Shown here: positions 1 to 9,664 of the stretch, one piece after another
How the letters are laid out: every line of letters begins with the position of its first letter
Numbering within the stretch: the first letter of the stretch is position 1
Assembly: GCA_965207035.1 (NCBI GenBank)
Contig: OZ242259.1
Location: 586,111 to 650,110 of the forward strand
Origin: Bryobacterales bacterium
GTDB taxonomy: Bacteria; Acidobacteriota; Terriglobia; Bryobacterales; UBA6623
Length of the DNA: 64,000 nt
Direction of reading: 5' to 3'
The notes under the pieces: generated by a model
What the model was told of the DNA's origin: nothing
Seen by the model: the letters and a program-made list of their open reading frames with translations, nothing else
Database searches by the model: none
Made by a program: the position numbers and the translations under genes

Positions 1-207
1 CATGCAGCGGAAGATGCGACGGTGCTTCTCGATGGCGAAATCATCCATGTCAAGCGCTCCGCCAACTTGCGGGAATACGCTGCCATCAACGATCACGAGC
101 CCGAGGACAAACATCTCGGCCTCGATGCTCATCGGCAATCCGCGCTTCAACGCCAGCGCGTTGACCTGCTGATCGGCCTGAAGCTCCTGTTCTTCGATGG
201 GGGGCAT
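1..207 (-). CDS. dnaB: replicative DNA helicase DnaB, N-terminal 69 codons (gene continues past left edge)
   Basis: The reverse complement of 1-207 reads MPPIEEQELQADQQVNALALKRGLPMSIEAEMFVLGLVIVDGSVFPQVGGALDMDDFAIEKHRRIFRCM with no stop. LP-x-SIEAE-xx-VLG ... DF-xxx-H-xx-IF is the DnaB N-terminal domain pattern. It is absent from the ORF track because there is no stop in the window. Confidence 0.6.
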   Translation of the reverse strand, partial: MPPIEEQELQADQQVNALALKRGLPMSIEAEMFVLGLVIVDGSVFPQVGGALDMDDFAIEKHRRIFRCM

Positions 208-626
208 GGGCGTACTTGGATTCGTCTAGCCTCGAGCTTCGCCGGGGGCACCTGACCAGCCTCGAAAGTCAGGAATATCGTATTGCAGCCGTTGTCCCGG
301 GACCAACCGAACCGGCGCGAGCATGGCGACCAAGAAAACGGGCTAGGCTTCCAGACTTGTCGGCGGCTCAACCGAATGGCAATCTAACCCGCCACCATCA
401 TACTCCCTCGAAAAGTCGCTAGGAATTGGCAGAACGAAGCGCCAGCGAGACGCCGGCGAAGGGTTCCCAGAGCAATCTCCGCGCTGTTGCCATCGGCCCG
501 ATGCTGGCAACTCTTCGACGCAAATTCATTCATCTCGAAGCCGTCGCAGGCTGGCGTCCCGACGTCGGCTCAGGGCGTGTCGAGCGTGTAGCGGCTCCGG
601 AGGTCGCTGCGACCCCGACCCTTGCC

Positions 627-1433
627 TCACCGCAAGAATTGCAGATAGCCGTAGAGTGCGGGCAGGGCAAACAGTAGTCCGTCGATGCGATCCAGGACTC
701 CGCCGTGCCCAGGGAGGAGCTTTCCGCTATTCTTCATCTCTGCAGTGCGCTTGAGTGCCGATTCGGCCAAGTCACCTATCTGCCCGAACAGGTTGATCAC
801 AAGTGCCAGCACCATGGCTTCCATGTTTCCGATTTCGCCTGCTAGGAAGACCGCGGCATACGCGGAACCGGCAGTGGGGCCGACAACCACCGAAGCGATC
901 GTGCCCTCCCACGTTTTGCTCGGACTGACGACCGGAGCGATCGACCGTCGTCCGATCGTCTTGCCGACGGCCAGCGCGACCGTATCGCCGACCGCCGTCA
1001 CCACGAGGGCAAAGACCAGCCAGTGAGGTGAGAGGTCATGCAGCAGCATTCCCCAGAGCAACGGGCCCGCGATGTAAACGACCCCAGCCGCAGTCACCGC
1101 AGCAGATGGGAGCACACTTTGGATGGGCCTCCCGGCGAGCACGCCGGTGCCGAGCAAGAGCACCAAGTAGAGACTGGAGAACAATGCACGGTCCAGATTC
1201 GGGCACAGCAGCCAGATAAGTGCCCCCGCGTAACCAAGTGTCGGGTAGGGCCGCATGCCGCTCTCCACCAAGATTCCGAAATACTCGCGGAGGGCCAGCA
1301 ACGCAAGGATCGCGACGGTCCCCAAGATGATGGGAGGGCTTGCACGGAAGGCCAGCAACCATGCTGCCGAGGCCAGTAGAAGGCCTATGAGAATCCGAAC
1401 CACGATGGGAGTGTCAGTCGTTGACCACGACAA
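627..1433 (-). CDS. cdsA: phosphatidate cytidylyltransferase (CDP-diglyceride synthase)
   Basis: ORF 627-1502. It is polytopic, and the C-terminus SALKRTAEMKNSGKLLPGHGGVLDRIDGLLF matches the CdsA signature. The ATG at 1502 would overlap uppS by 89 nt, so an in-frame TTG at 1433 or GTG at 1403 is a more plausible start. The start is uncertain. Confidence 0.8.
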   Translation of the reverse strand: MSWSTTDTPIVVRILIGLLLASAAWLLAFRASPPIILGTVAILALLALREYFGILVESGMRPYPTLGYAGALIWLLCPNLDRALFSSLYLVLLLGTGVLAGRPIQSVLPSAAVTAAGVVYIAGPLLWGMLLHDLSPHWLVFALVVTAVGDTVALAVGKTIGRRSIAPVVSPSKTWEGTIASVVVGPTAGSAYAAVFLAGEIGNMEAMVLALVINLFGQIGDLAESALKRTAEMKNSGKLLPGHGGVLDRIDGLLFALPALYGYLQFLR

Positions 1434-2241
1434 CCTCGTCTTTGGCGGCCTCCCTGGTCGTGGAGGAGGAGCGGTTCGATAGGCCTCCGTATCGGCGGTC
1501 ACGACTTTGGTAGTCCAGCAAGGCTTCCAACAAGTCCACCGTACGGAAATCCGGCCAGTACCTGTCCGTAACCCAGATTTCGCAGTACGCGATTTGCCAG
1601 AGCAGGAAGTTGCTGATTCGAAACTCGCCCGAAGTCCGAATCAACAAGTCGGGATCACCGCTGTCGGCTGTGTAAAGCAGGTCGCCAAGCTCCCGTTCGT
1701 TGATTCGTTGTGGCGCGCCGTGTTTGCCGGCGCGACGGAGCAAGTCGTTGACCACGTCCACAAGCTCGGACCGGCCGCTGTAGTTCAAGGCGACATTCAG
1801 CCGCATACCTGTGTTCGCAGCTGTCTCGACGATCGCGTTGTCGATGTCGTCTCGAACTTCCTGGGGCAGTGCTTCTATCCGACCGATCGTCTGAAATCGA
1901 ACTCCGTTCGCCTTGAGTTCCGGCAGCTCGGCACGAAGGTACTGGCGCAGCAGCTTCCACAGAGTCTCGATCTCGGAATGGGGTCGCTTCCAGTTCTCGA
2001 CCGAAAAGGCATATAGCGTCAGAGTCTCAATGTCCAGGCGACAACAGGCCTCGATGATCTCCCGGACCGGTTTGACCCCGGCTCGATGACCCGCAACGCG
2101 CGGCAGGAAGCGCTTCTTTGCCCACCGACCATTGCCGTCCATGATGACGGCTATATGCCTCGGAAGCCTGGTTGGGTCCAGACTTCTAGCCGTTTGCCAT
2201 TCCTCGCTACCAGGTGAGGCCCACTCGAGAAACTCCTTCAT
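1414..2241 (-). CDS. uppS: isoprenyl transferase / undecaprenyl diphosphate synthase
   Basis: cis-prenyltransferase motifs HIAVIMDGNGRWAKKR, FSVENWKRP and RTSGEFRISNFLLWQIAYCE. The uppS-cdsA order is a conserved pairing. Confidence 0.9.
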   Translation of the reverse strand: MKEFLEWASPGSEEWQTARSLDPTRLPRHIAVIMDGNGRWAKKRFLPRVAGHRAGVKPVREIIEACCRLDIETLTLYAFSVENWKRPHSEIETLWKLLRQYLRAELPELKANGVRFQTIGRIEALPQEVRDDIDNAIVETAANTGMRLNVALNYSGRSELVDVVNDLLRRAGKHGAPQRINERELGDLLYTADSGDPDLLIRTSGEFRISNFLLWQIAYCEIWVTDRYWPDFRTVDLLEALLDYQSRDRRYGGLSNRSSSTTREAAKDEVVVVND

Positions 2242-2619
2242 CGTGTGCAGGATCGGACCTAGGCTTCATCGTACAATGCCTCCTCGGAGAGGTCTAGCTT
2301 TCGGCTCGCGGTAGAACATCGCCGTTCGCGAACAGCAACGCTTTCCGGCCGACGAGAGCGGAAACCGGCATCTCCTCCGAAGATACTCGACTCTTACGTT
2401 TGACATGTAGTTGCAAATAGTGATATCGTCCTAGAGCTGAACGGGACAACTCCGATACGCCCGCTAATGTAATGTAGACAGCGTACGATGGAGTCCATTG
2501 TCTCAGTTGGTGTTGGTGAGAGGATTGAGCGTTTGGCTGTGTTGCAATCGATTTGCATGAGTAACGTCGGCCTCGATCGTGTCCACCACTGCCGATGAAC
2601 CACCCTTAGGAGGACTGCC

Positions 2620-2886
2620 ATGCAATGTGAATCGGCCTTACTGGCGCGCGAAGATGGATTCGGCTCTGTCACTCGCTGCGGCCACGGCCTTGTCCATGTT
2701 CAACTGGGCGTGACCACGCTGACCCTCACTGATGAGCAGTACCAGCGATTTGTCGCGATGTTGGCCGATAGCGCAGCGAGTTACGAGCTGTGGCGTCACA
2801 CCGAAGAGCTGTCTCGTCTGGACGAGGGACACGCGGCCAGCACGGAGGGAACGGATGCGGACTGTTCTAGCCCCCTCCCAAACTGA
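2620..2886 (+). CDS. hypothetical small protein (88 aa)
   Basis: ATG preceded by AGGAGG at 2609-2614. I recognise no domain. Confidence 0.45.
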   Translation: MQCESALLAREDGFGSVTRCGHGLVHVQLGVTTLTLTDEQYQRFVAMLADSAASYELWRHTEELSRLDEGHAASTEGTDADCSSPLPN

Positions 2887-2974
2887 CGTCGCACGCGTCT
2901 CCTGTAGTGCCCGGCCTGCCCGTCGAGCTTCGGCGGGCGATGATCGGTGCCTAGGGGTGGGCGGCGACGGGCGG

Positions 2975-4231
2975 TTGATCGAAGCACCCCAAAGACTCGC
3001 TCGACGCCAGTTCTTGGCGGTTCTTGCGACTTCGGTTGGTGCCCAAGCAGCGCCTTGGCGTCAGTTCCTAGGCAATGGATCCCGTTCCCTCGACGGCGGC
3101 GAGAGATTGCCGACCGAGTGGTCAGATGGACACAACGTCGCGTGGCGTGCCGCAGTCCCGGGCTACGGTCAGTCCAGCCCCGTCGTGGTCCAGGACCGGG
3201 CCTTTGTCACCAGCGTTGACGGAGCGCAGAAGGAGTCCCTTCTTGTCACCTCGATCGACTTGGCGTTGGGCGAGTTGCTATGGACGCAGCGTATTGATTC
3301 AGCCCAACGCATCGAAGAGTCCGACATGGTCAGCACGGCAGCCCCCACGCCAGCTGTCCATGGAGACACCCTGATTACGTTCTTCGAGACCGGAAACTTG
3401 TTGGCGACCAGCCTTGAAGGAGAGCGTCGCTGGGAGCGCCGATTGACGGAGGAGTATGGTGAGTTTCGTGGTCGCCACGGCGTCGGCAGTTCGCTTCGCA
3501 TGTGCCGCGCCGGAGTTCTCGCGCTGGTGGCCCATGACGGCCCGTCGTACCTGATTTGCGTCGATCCCGAAGACGGTCGAACCGTCTGGAAAACCGACCG
3601 CCCGGATGGTGTCTCTTGGAGCACTCCCACGACGGTCGAACATGTAGGCCGAGAATTCGTACTGGTCAGTGCTGGTGGAGCGCTGGAAGCCTACGCGACC
3701 GAGGACGGATCCCAACTGTGGGTGTTGGACGGTCTGGACGGAGCGTTTATCGCCTCGCCGACACCGATGAACGGTGGGGCGATCATCGGATCGAGCATGA
3801 AGGGCAAGACTGCGGCCGTGCGATTCGGTTCCGAGGCAAGTAGTGTGCCGGAAGTGGTTTGGCACGCGCAAGAGGCATCGTCATACTTCAGTTCCCCGCT
3901 CCTCCACCGGGACCGTGTCTACATGACCAGCAAGGCGGGCATCGCATTCTGCTTACGCTCCGACACCGGGGACAGCGTCTGGCACTCGCGCCTGGAGGGC
4001 CAGTGCTGGGCGTCTTCGATCGGCCTGGGGGACCATGTGTATTTCTTTGGAGTTGACGGCGTGACGGACGTTGTTCAAGCCGGTGATAAGTTCGTCCCCG
4101 TTGCTAGCAACCGACTGTCCGTTGGAGGGCGCCTGTACGGAGTTGCGCTCGCTGATCGGGGCCTTCTGTTGCGGTACGCCAAGGATTTGGTGCTGGTGGC
4201 GGGTGGTGGACCACCAGATATCTCGCCGTAG
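2975..4231 (+). CDS. PQQ-like beta-propeller repeat protein, Tat-signal (BamB/PQQ enzyme-repeat family)
   Basis: ORF 2732-4231. The twin-arginine signal LARRQFLAVLATSVGAQAA begins near 2990, so the start is probably TTG 2975 or GTG 2957. The body has repeated propeller blades of the type G-x-SSPVV...D-RAFVTS...LWT. Confidence 0.7.
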   Translation: MIEAPQRLARRQFLAVLATSVGAQAAPWRQFLGNGSRSLDGGERLPTEWSDGHNVAWRAAVPGYGQSSPVVVQDRAFVTSVDGAQKESLLVTSIDLALGELLWTQRIDSAQRIEESDMVSTAAPTPAVHGDTLITFFETGNLLATSLEGERRWERRLTEEYGEFRGRHGVGSSLRMCRAGVLALVAHDGPSYLICVDPEDGRTVWKTDRPDGVSWSTPTTVEHVGREFVLVSAGGALEAYATEDGSQLWVLDGLDGAFIASPTPMNGGAIIGSSMKGKTAAVRFGSEASSVPEVVWHAQEASSYFSSPLLHRDRVYMTSKAGIAFCLRSDTGDSVWHSRLEGQCWASSIGLGDHVYFFGVDGVTDVVQAGDKFVPVASNRLSVGGRLYGVALADRGLLLRYAKDLVLVAGGGPPDISP

Positions 4232-4411
4232 CCCTTACCGGACCGGGCGGTTTCGCCGAAGGTGGGGCTCAGGGGGATGTCGGCCGCGCTTGCCGGATCG
4301 GCTAGCGCGTCATGCATTTGAGCCAGTCGGGCAGACCATCAGTTGCGACTGGCTCGCCGTCTCTTGTGGATGCAGCGAGCGATTCGATGGTTGGGATAGA
4401 ATGAGGGCGTC

Positions 4412-5470
4412 ATGCGACGGCGACTCGGTTTCGGGCTGGCTGCGATGCTTTGCGTTGCTGCCGTCTGCTCCGCTCAGGAACCGGTTTCCGATCCGGACAG
4501 CACCATTCGAGTCGAGGTCAATGTCGTCAACCTTCCGGTCACTGTGACGGACTCCGAAGGTCGATTCATCGTTGATCTGAAGAAGTCGGACTTTTCAGTC
4601 TGGGAAGACGGCCAGCTCGTCGAGATTCGCTACTTCACGCGAAGCGTCGAGGAAGAGAAGAAGCCCCCCCTGCACGCAGGCTTCATCGTTGATCTGAGCA
4701 ATACGGCGCGACTCTACTACAAGACATACCAGACATCCATCGGCGACTTGGCCTGGATGCTTGTGCCCGAGGGTGGGAGGAACAAGGGCTTTCTGTTCGG
4801 CTATCACACCGAGGTCGATGAACTCGTCGATTTCACTGACGATCCCGTGACCCTCACCGAGAAGATGGAGAACCTCAAGCACGGTGGCGGAAGCGCCATG
4901 TTCGACGCCATTTACCGAGCATGCGCAGAGAAGTTGGTTTCCATGCCCTACCAAGGAGCCAGCGAACCGCGCAAGGTCCTGGTAGTCATCGGTGACGGGC
5001 ACGACAATGCCAGCAAGCGATCCATCGACGAAGCCATCCATGCGGCGCAGCTGCACCAAGTCACAATTTATGCCGTGAGCACGGTCGGTTGGGGATACCA
5101 CCATGCGGAGGAGTCCAATCTTTTCAGGTTGGCACGTGAGACTGGTGGCCGGGTGGTTCGTCCCATGCAGAAGGTTCACAAGGATGTCTCTGGCTATCTC
5201 TCAAAGCCACAGGACGCTGGGAATTATCAATACGAAGTTGGTACCGGCGGGTATGCGGCAGCGCAGTTGCAGGCACTCTACGACGCCATATTGAATGTCG
5301 CTGGCAACGTGCAGAGCCAGTACATTCTCGGATATGTTCCCGGCCGTTCGTTTTCGGACCAGCAATTCCGGCAGATCGATGTCGAGTTGAAACTCTCCGG
5401 CGCGGACGTGGAAGTCTACCACCGGCGCGGCTATTTTCCGCCGGTGCCCAGTCCCGAGGAACGGCCCTAG
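4412..5470 (+). CDS. VWA domain-containing protein (acidobacterial VWFA-related type)
   Basis: Signal peptide, then VNVVNLPVTVTDSEGRFIVDLKKSDFSVWEDGQLVEIRYF, which is typical of the acidobacterial VWFA-related family. A VWA fold follows (VLVVIGDGHDNASKRS). Confidence 0.7.
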   Translation: MRRRLGFGLAAMLCVAAVCSAQEPVSDPDSTIRVEVNVVNLPVTVTDSEGRFIVDLKKSDFSVWEDGQLVEIRYFTRSVEEEKKPPLHAGFIVDLSNTARLYYKTYQTSIGDLAWMLVPEGGRNKGFLFGYHTEVDELVDFTDDPVTLTEKMENLKHGGGSAMFDAIYRACAEKLVSMPYQGASEPRKVLVVIGDGHDNASKRSIDEAIHAAQLHQVTIYAVSTVGWGYHHAEESNLFRLARETGGRVVRPMQKVHKDVSGYLSKPQDAGNYQYEVGTGGYAAAQLQALYDAILNVAGNVQSQYILGYVPGRSFSDQQFRQIDVELKLSGADVEVYHRRGYFPPVPSPEERP

Positions 5471-5615
5471 GTGCTCGCCGGAGCGGGGCCGGGACGCAGC
5501 GCCACCGCGGAGTTCGTTGTTCTCTTCCGGGTTGCATCAAGCGTCGGTTTGGGTGTCAGGCATGGTCCGAGCGTGACCGCGAGGGGTCGGCGTTCCTCGG
5601 TATAATCCGGAAAGG

Positions 5616-6452
5616 TTGGAACTCGAAGTCCATACGCGCCGACTGCACGACATCGGACTAAACGCCTACGAGTCGCAAGCGTACATCGTGCTGATTGGGC
5701 ACATGCAGTTTAAGGCGCTCGATGTGGCGAGTCGCGCGAATATTCCTAGAGCAAAGATCTACGAAGTCTTGAACAGCTTGGTCGACAAGGGCTTCGTGCG
5801 CGTCGTTCACGGGAAAACGAAACAGTTTTCGGCGGTTGAGCCGAGGTTAGCCTTGGAAGGCTACCTGAATCGTCGGCGCGAGCGGTTTCTTCGCGAATGG
5901 GAGGATCGGCAGCAACTTGCGGTTTCCCTCAGCGACGATCTCGCGACGATTTTCCAGAATGGCTCTCACGGTGACAGCCGGCTCGATTATCTGCGAATCA
6001 TTGGCGATACCCGTCAGATTGTCGAGGAGTATCGGCAGATGTTGCTGCAGACTTCAAACGAGTACTTGGAGTTTGCAAGGCCGCCGTACGGGGTCGACCC
6101 CGGACATGAACCGATTGTGAAAAGCCTGGCGGACAGGGGCACGACCTGCAGGCTGATGTTTGATTCGGCTGAGGTGCAAACTCCTGGCAGGCGAAACCAG
6201 CTCATTCACTTGGAAGACGCCGGAGCAGATGTGCGAGTCGGGCCCAACCTGCCTATGAAGCTGGCTCTCTTTGACAGCCATAGCGGGATGATTTCGCTAG
6301 ACGACCCAGTTGTGAGCCACCAGAAGATCACAGCGTTGGTGTTTGAACACCGGAGTTTGGGCACGGCAATGCGCACGTTGTTTGTAGACTTTTGGAACCG
6401 CGGCGCGAAGTTGGAAGACTTTCAGTTCAATGAATCACTCCCCGGGGACTAG
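5616..6452 (+). CDS. TrmB-family transcriptional regulator
   Basis: N-terminal wHTH LHDIGLNAYESQAYIVLIGH...ALDVASRANIPRAKIYEVLNSLVDKGFV is a classic TrmB N-domain. TTG start. Confidence 0.7.
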   Translation: MELEVHTRRLHDIGLNAYESQAYIVLIGHMQFKALDVASRANIPRAKIYEVLNSLVDKGFVRVVHGKTKQFSAVEPRLALEGYLNRRRERFLREWEDRQQLAVSLSDDLATIFQNGSHGDSRLDYLRIIGDTRQIVEEYRQMLLQTSNEYLEFARPPYGVDPGHEPIVKSLADRGTTCRLMFDSAEVQTPGRRNQLIHLEDAGADVRVGPNLPMKLALFDSHSGMISLDDPVVSHQKITALVFEHRSLGTAMRTLFVDFWNRGAKLEDFQFNESLPGD

Positions 6453-7374
6453 GCCATCTCAGTTGGGTGGTCTGGACTGTCCAATCCCCAATGCCGTGGT
6501 GCCGGTCGCAGGACTTGGAACCCGTCTGTTACCTGCAACGAAGTCCCAGCCCAAGGAGATGCTTCCGGTCGCTCGGAAGCCGATTGTCCAGTATGTTGTC
6601 GAGGAGCTCGCGCGATCTGGCGTCAGGAACTTGTTGTTCGTCACCGGGCGCGGCAAGGCTGCAATCGAGAATCACTTCGATCCGGATTTGGCCTTGAGAG
6701 AGTCGCTCGGCAAGGCAGGGAAAGAGGAACTGCTGGCTGCGCTGGACTTCCAGGAGTTGGGGCTGAACATCCTCTATACGCGACAAAGCGTCCAGCGCGG
6801 ACTTGGGGACGCAATCCTCCAGGGAGAGGCATTCGCGGCTGGACAGCCCGTCATCGTTGCCTTGGGCGATTCGATCATCGGGATCGAAGGGAATTCGACA
6901 GCGTGCCGGCGCATGGCAGAGGTCTTTCTCGCACATGATGCGGCAGTCGTCGTCGCGGTGGAGGAAGTGCCGGAAGACCATGTTTCCTTTTACGGCATCG
7001 TGGAACCCGGCGGAGTTGGCGACACGTTCGCTATTCGATCACTGGTGGAGAAGCCGGCCGCGAAGGACGCACCCAGTCGCCTCGCCGTGTCCGGCCGCTA
7101 CGTGTTTTTCCCCGGGATCTTCGAGATCATCCGGCGCCTTCGCCCCGACAAGCGGGGAGAGATCCAGATCACCGATGCGATTCGCATGGTCGCCGAGAGT
7201 GGAGGCAGCGTGTTGGGAGTGAGGCTGCGGCCGGACGAGACGCGGTACGACATCGGAAATTTGCCGAGCTACTTCGAAACGTTCATCGAGTTCGCACTGG
7301 CCGATCCCGACCACGGTCCCCGGGTACGGAGGTACTTGCGACGGGTCTTGGCCCGTTCCCGCGGCGGAGCATAG
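6430..7374 (+). CDS. galU: UTP--glucose-1-phosphate uridylyltransferase
   Basis: AVVPVAGLGTRLLPATKSQPKEMLPVARKPIVQYVVEE is the GalU N-terminal motif. The ATG at 6430 overlaps the trmB-like stop; the TTG at 6463 is an alternative start. Confidence 0.85.
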   Translation: MNHSPGTRPSQLGGLDCPIPNAVVPVAGLGTRLLPATKSQPKEMLPVARKPIVQYVVEELARSGVRNLLFVTGRGKAAIENHFDPDLALRESLGKAGKEELLAALDFQELGLNILYTRQSVQRGLGDAILQGEAFAAGQPVIVALGDSIIGIEGNSTACRRMAEVFLAHDAAVVVAVEEVPEDHVSFYGIVEPGGVGDTFAIRSLVEKPAAKDAPSRLAVSGRYVFFPGIFEIIRRLRPDKRGEIQITDAIRMVAESGGSVLGVRLRPDETRYDIGNLPSYFETFIEFALADPDHGPRVRRYLRRVLARSRGGA

Positions 7375-7379
7375 AAGCA

Positions 7380-7994
7380 ATGACCTGCCTTCTCCTCGTT
7401 GATTTGCAGAACGACTTCATGCCGGGCGGAGCGCTGGCAGTGCCTCTCGGGAACGAGGTCATTGGAACCGCGAATCGGTTGGCTGCGGACTTCGACTACG
7501 TGGTTGCTTCCCAAGACTGGCATCCGAGCGATCACCGCAGCTTCGCTTCGCAGCATCCCGGGAGAGAGCCGGGAGATGTGATTGACCTGGCCGGGATCGA
7601 GCAAGTTCTATGGCCGGATCACTGCCTGCAGGGATCCTTCGGGTCAGAGTTCCACGCAGACCTGGACAGAGGCCAAGTGGATGCCGTGTTCCGCAAGGGC
7701 ACGGATCCGCAGCTTGACAGTTACAGCGCATTCTTCGACAACGCACGTCGCCGGTCGACAGGACTGTTGGAGCATCTGGCGACCCGTGGTGTAAAGGACC
7801 TCTGGCTCTTGGGGCTTGCTTCGGACTACTGCGTCAAGTTCAGCGCCTTGGATGCCGTATCGGTCGGCCTACGGACCCATGTCGTGGAAGATGGCTGTCG
7901 CGGGATCGATCTCTCGCCCGGTGACGTGGCCCGTGCTTGGGACGAGATGCGAGCCGCCGGAGTCGAGATCGTTTCGGAGGCGTCGGTGCGATGA
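7380..7994 (+). CDS. pncA: nicotinamidase/pyrazinamidase (isochorismatase fold)
   Basis: LLLVDLQNDFMPGGALAV, QDWHPSDHRSFAS, and the catalytic Cys context LASDYCVKFSALDA. Confidence 0.8.
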   Translation: MTCLLLVDLQNDFMPGGALAVPLGNEVIGTANRLAADFDYVVASQDWHPSDHRSFASQHPGREPGDVIDLAGIEQVLWPDHCLQGSFGSEFHADLDRGQVDAVFRKGTDPQLDSYSAFFDNARRRSTGLLEHLATRGVKDLWLLGLASDYCVKFSALDAVSVGLRTHVVEDGCRGIDLSPGDVARAWDEMRAAGVEIVSEASVR

Positions 7995-8539
7995 GCGAGC
8001 ATCCCGAGAAGATCGCCGAAGGGCGATATCTCCGCTTGGTCAAACGCGGGTCTTGGGAATATGTCGAGCGAGTGAATGTCGCCGATGTTGCGGTGCTCGT
8101 GCCAGTTACCGCTGCAAACGAAATTGTGCTGGTTGAGCAGTACCGGATACCGGTGCTGGCAACGATGATCGAGTTGCCGGCCGGGCTTGTGGGCGACGAG
8201 GACGGGTTTCGCGGTGAGAGCCTGAGGGATGCCGCGAACCGGGAGCTGGAAGAGGAGACCGGGTTCCGAGCAGATTGTCTGACGTTGTTGGCTCGCTCGC
8301 CGACTTCCGGCGGATTGACGAGCGAGACGGTAGCGTTCTTGCATGCGACCGGCCTCGCGCGAGTCGGCTTGGGCGGAGGAGTGGCAGGGGAGGACATCCG
8401 GGTCCATGTAGTTCCCTTGGACAATTTGATGAGATGGCTTTCCGACCGTGAGTGCGAGGGTTGCTTGATCGACCCGAAGATTTATGCGGGAGTTCAATTG
8501 CTGAAGAGCGGCGGCACCGCCGCTCAGGGCGATGGTTGA
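7991..8539 (+). CDS. NUDIX hydrolase (ADP-ribose pyrophosphatase-like)
   Basis: ATGA overlap with the pncA stop. Nudix box GLVGDEDGFRGESLRDAANRELEEETGF. The ORF track starts at 7937, but MSEHPEK at 7991 is the coupled start. Confidence 0.8.
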   Translation: MSEHPEKIAEGRYLRLVKRGSWEYVERVNVADVAVLVPVTAANEIVLVEQYRIPVLATMIELPAGLVGDEDGFRGESLRDAANRELEEETGFRADCLTLLARSPTSGGLTSETVAFLHATGLARVGLGGGVAGEDIRVHVVPLDNLMRWLSDRECEGCLIDPKIYAGVQLLKSGGTAAQGDG

Positions 8540-8590
8540 ACCTGGATGTAATAAGGCAAGCCACCGAGGAACCATTCCTATACTGATGAG

Positions 8591-9664
8591 GTGGGTTCGG
8601 GGAACTACGACGCGGTGCTGCTCGTATCCTTCGGCGGGCCCGAGCGACGCGAGGACGTGATTCCGTTTCTCGAGAACGTGACTCGCGGAAGATCCGTCCC
8701 CCCGGAGCGCCTGCTTGAGGTGGCCAAGCACTATTACGAGTTCGGGGGCAAGAGTCCGATCAACGATCAGAATCGCCTTCTCGAGGCGGCATTGCGGGCC
8801 GAACTCAGCCGGCGGGGGCCTAAACTGCCCGTCTATTGGGGCAATCGCAACTGGCACCCTCTCCTACGGGACACGATTCGAACCATGGCCACGGAGGGCG
8901 TAAAGCGAGCGGTCGCGTTCGTGACGTCTGCCTACAGCTCGTACTCTGGCTGTCGCCAGTACCGGGAGAACATCGAAGAAGCTCGCGACGAACTCGGTGG
9001 GCTCGCTCCGAAGATTGACAAGATTCGTCCGTTCTTCAATCACCCTGGCTTCATCGAGGCGATGGCCCACTTGGTTCGGTCGGGACTCGACGTTGCCAAT
9101 TTCGAGACGGCAAGGGAATTCACGATGCTCTATTCCGCCCACAGTATTCCATCCGCGATGGCCGAGACGTGCAGGTACGTGGACCAGCTCAAGGAGGCTG
9201 CCGGGCTGGTCAGCGAACGGGTGGGAATCGCGGACTGGGAACTGGTGTTCCAGAGTCGGAGCGGCCCCCCGTCCCAGCCTTGGTTGGGACCGGACATCAA
9301 TGACCGATTGCGCGCTCTGCCCAGTCAGGGCGTGAAGCGGGTCTGCGTCACGCCAATAGGATTCCTTTCGGACCACATCGAGGTGCTCCATGATCTCGAC
9401 ACCGAAGCCGCCGGGGTCGCGAAGGAATCCGGACTCGGCTTCATCCGCACGCCCACTGTAGGCACCGATCCTCGTTTCGTCGCGGGGGTGCGCGATTTGA
9501 TTGCCGAGCGAGTCCTGTCTAGCACCTCGCGGAAAGCGATTGGCGCCATGCCGCCGTGCCCAGACGTTTGTCCCGCCGATTGCTGTCCTCGCCCTCCCTC
9601 CCGACGCCATTCGGGTCAGTGCGGGGGGAGCGTCAGTGCCCAGCGGGCTCGGCCACAGGGGTGA
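8591..9664 (+). CDS. hemH: ferrochelatase with Cys-rich C-terminal tail
   Basis: The N-terminus AVLLVSFGGPERREDVIPFLENV and overall ferrochelatase colinearity support the call. The C-terminal PPCPDVCPADCC tail is discussed in the findings. GTG start. Confidence 0.85.
   Translation: MGSGNYDAVLLVSFGGPERREDVIPFLENVTRGRSVPPERLLEVAKHYYEFGGKSPINDQNRLLEAALRAELSRRGPKLPVYWGNRNWHPLLRDTIRTMATEGVKRAVAFVTSAYSSYSGCRQYRENIEEARDELGGLAPKIDKIRPFFNHPGFIEAMAHLVRSGLDVANFETAREFTMLYSAHSIPSAMAETCRYVDQLKEAAGLVSERVGIADWELVFQSRSGPPSQPWLGPDINDRLRALPSQGVKRVCVTPIGFLSDHIEVLHDLDTEAAGVAKESGLGFIRTPTVGTDPRFVAGVRDLIAERVLSSTSRKAIGAMPPCPDVCPADCCPRPPSRRHSGQCGGSVSAQRARPQG

Noticed and set aside
7826-8857. 343-aa minus-strand ORF across pncA, nudix and hemH
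   Set aside because: The opposite strand encodes three motif-bearing genes. This ORF has no motifs and spans their boundaries.
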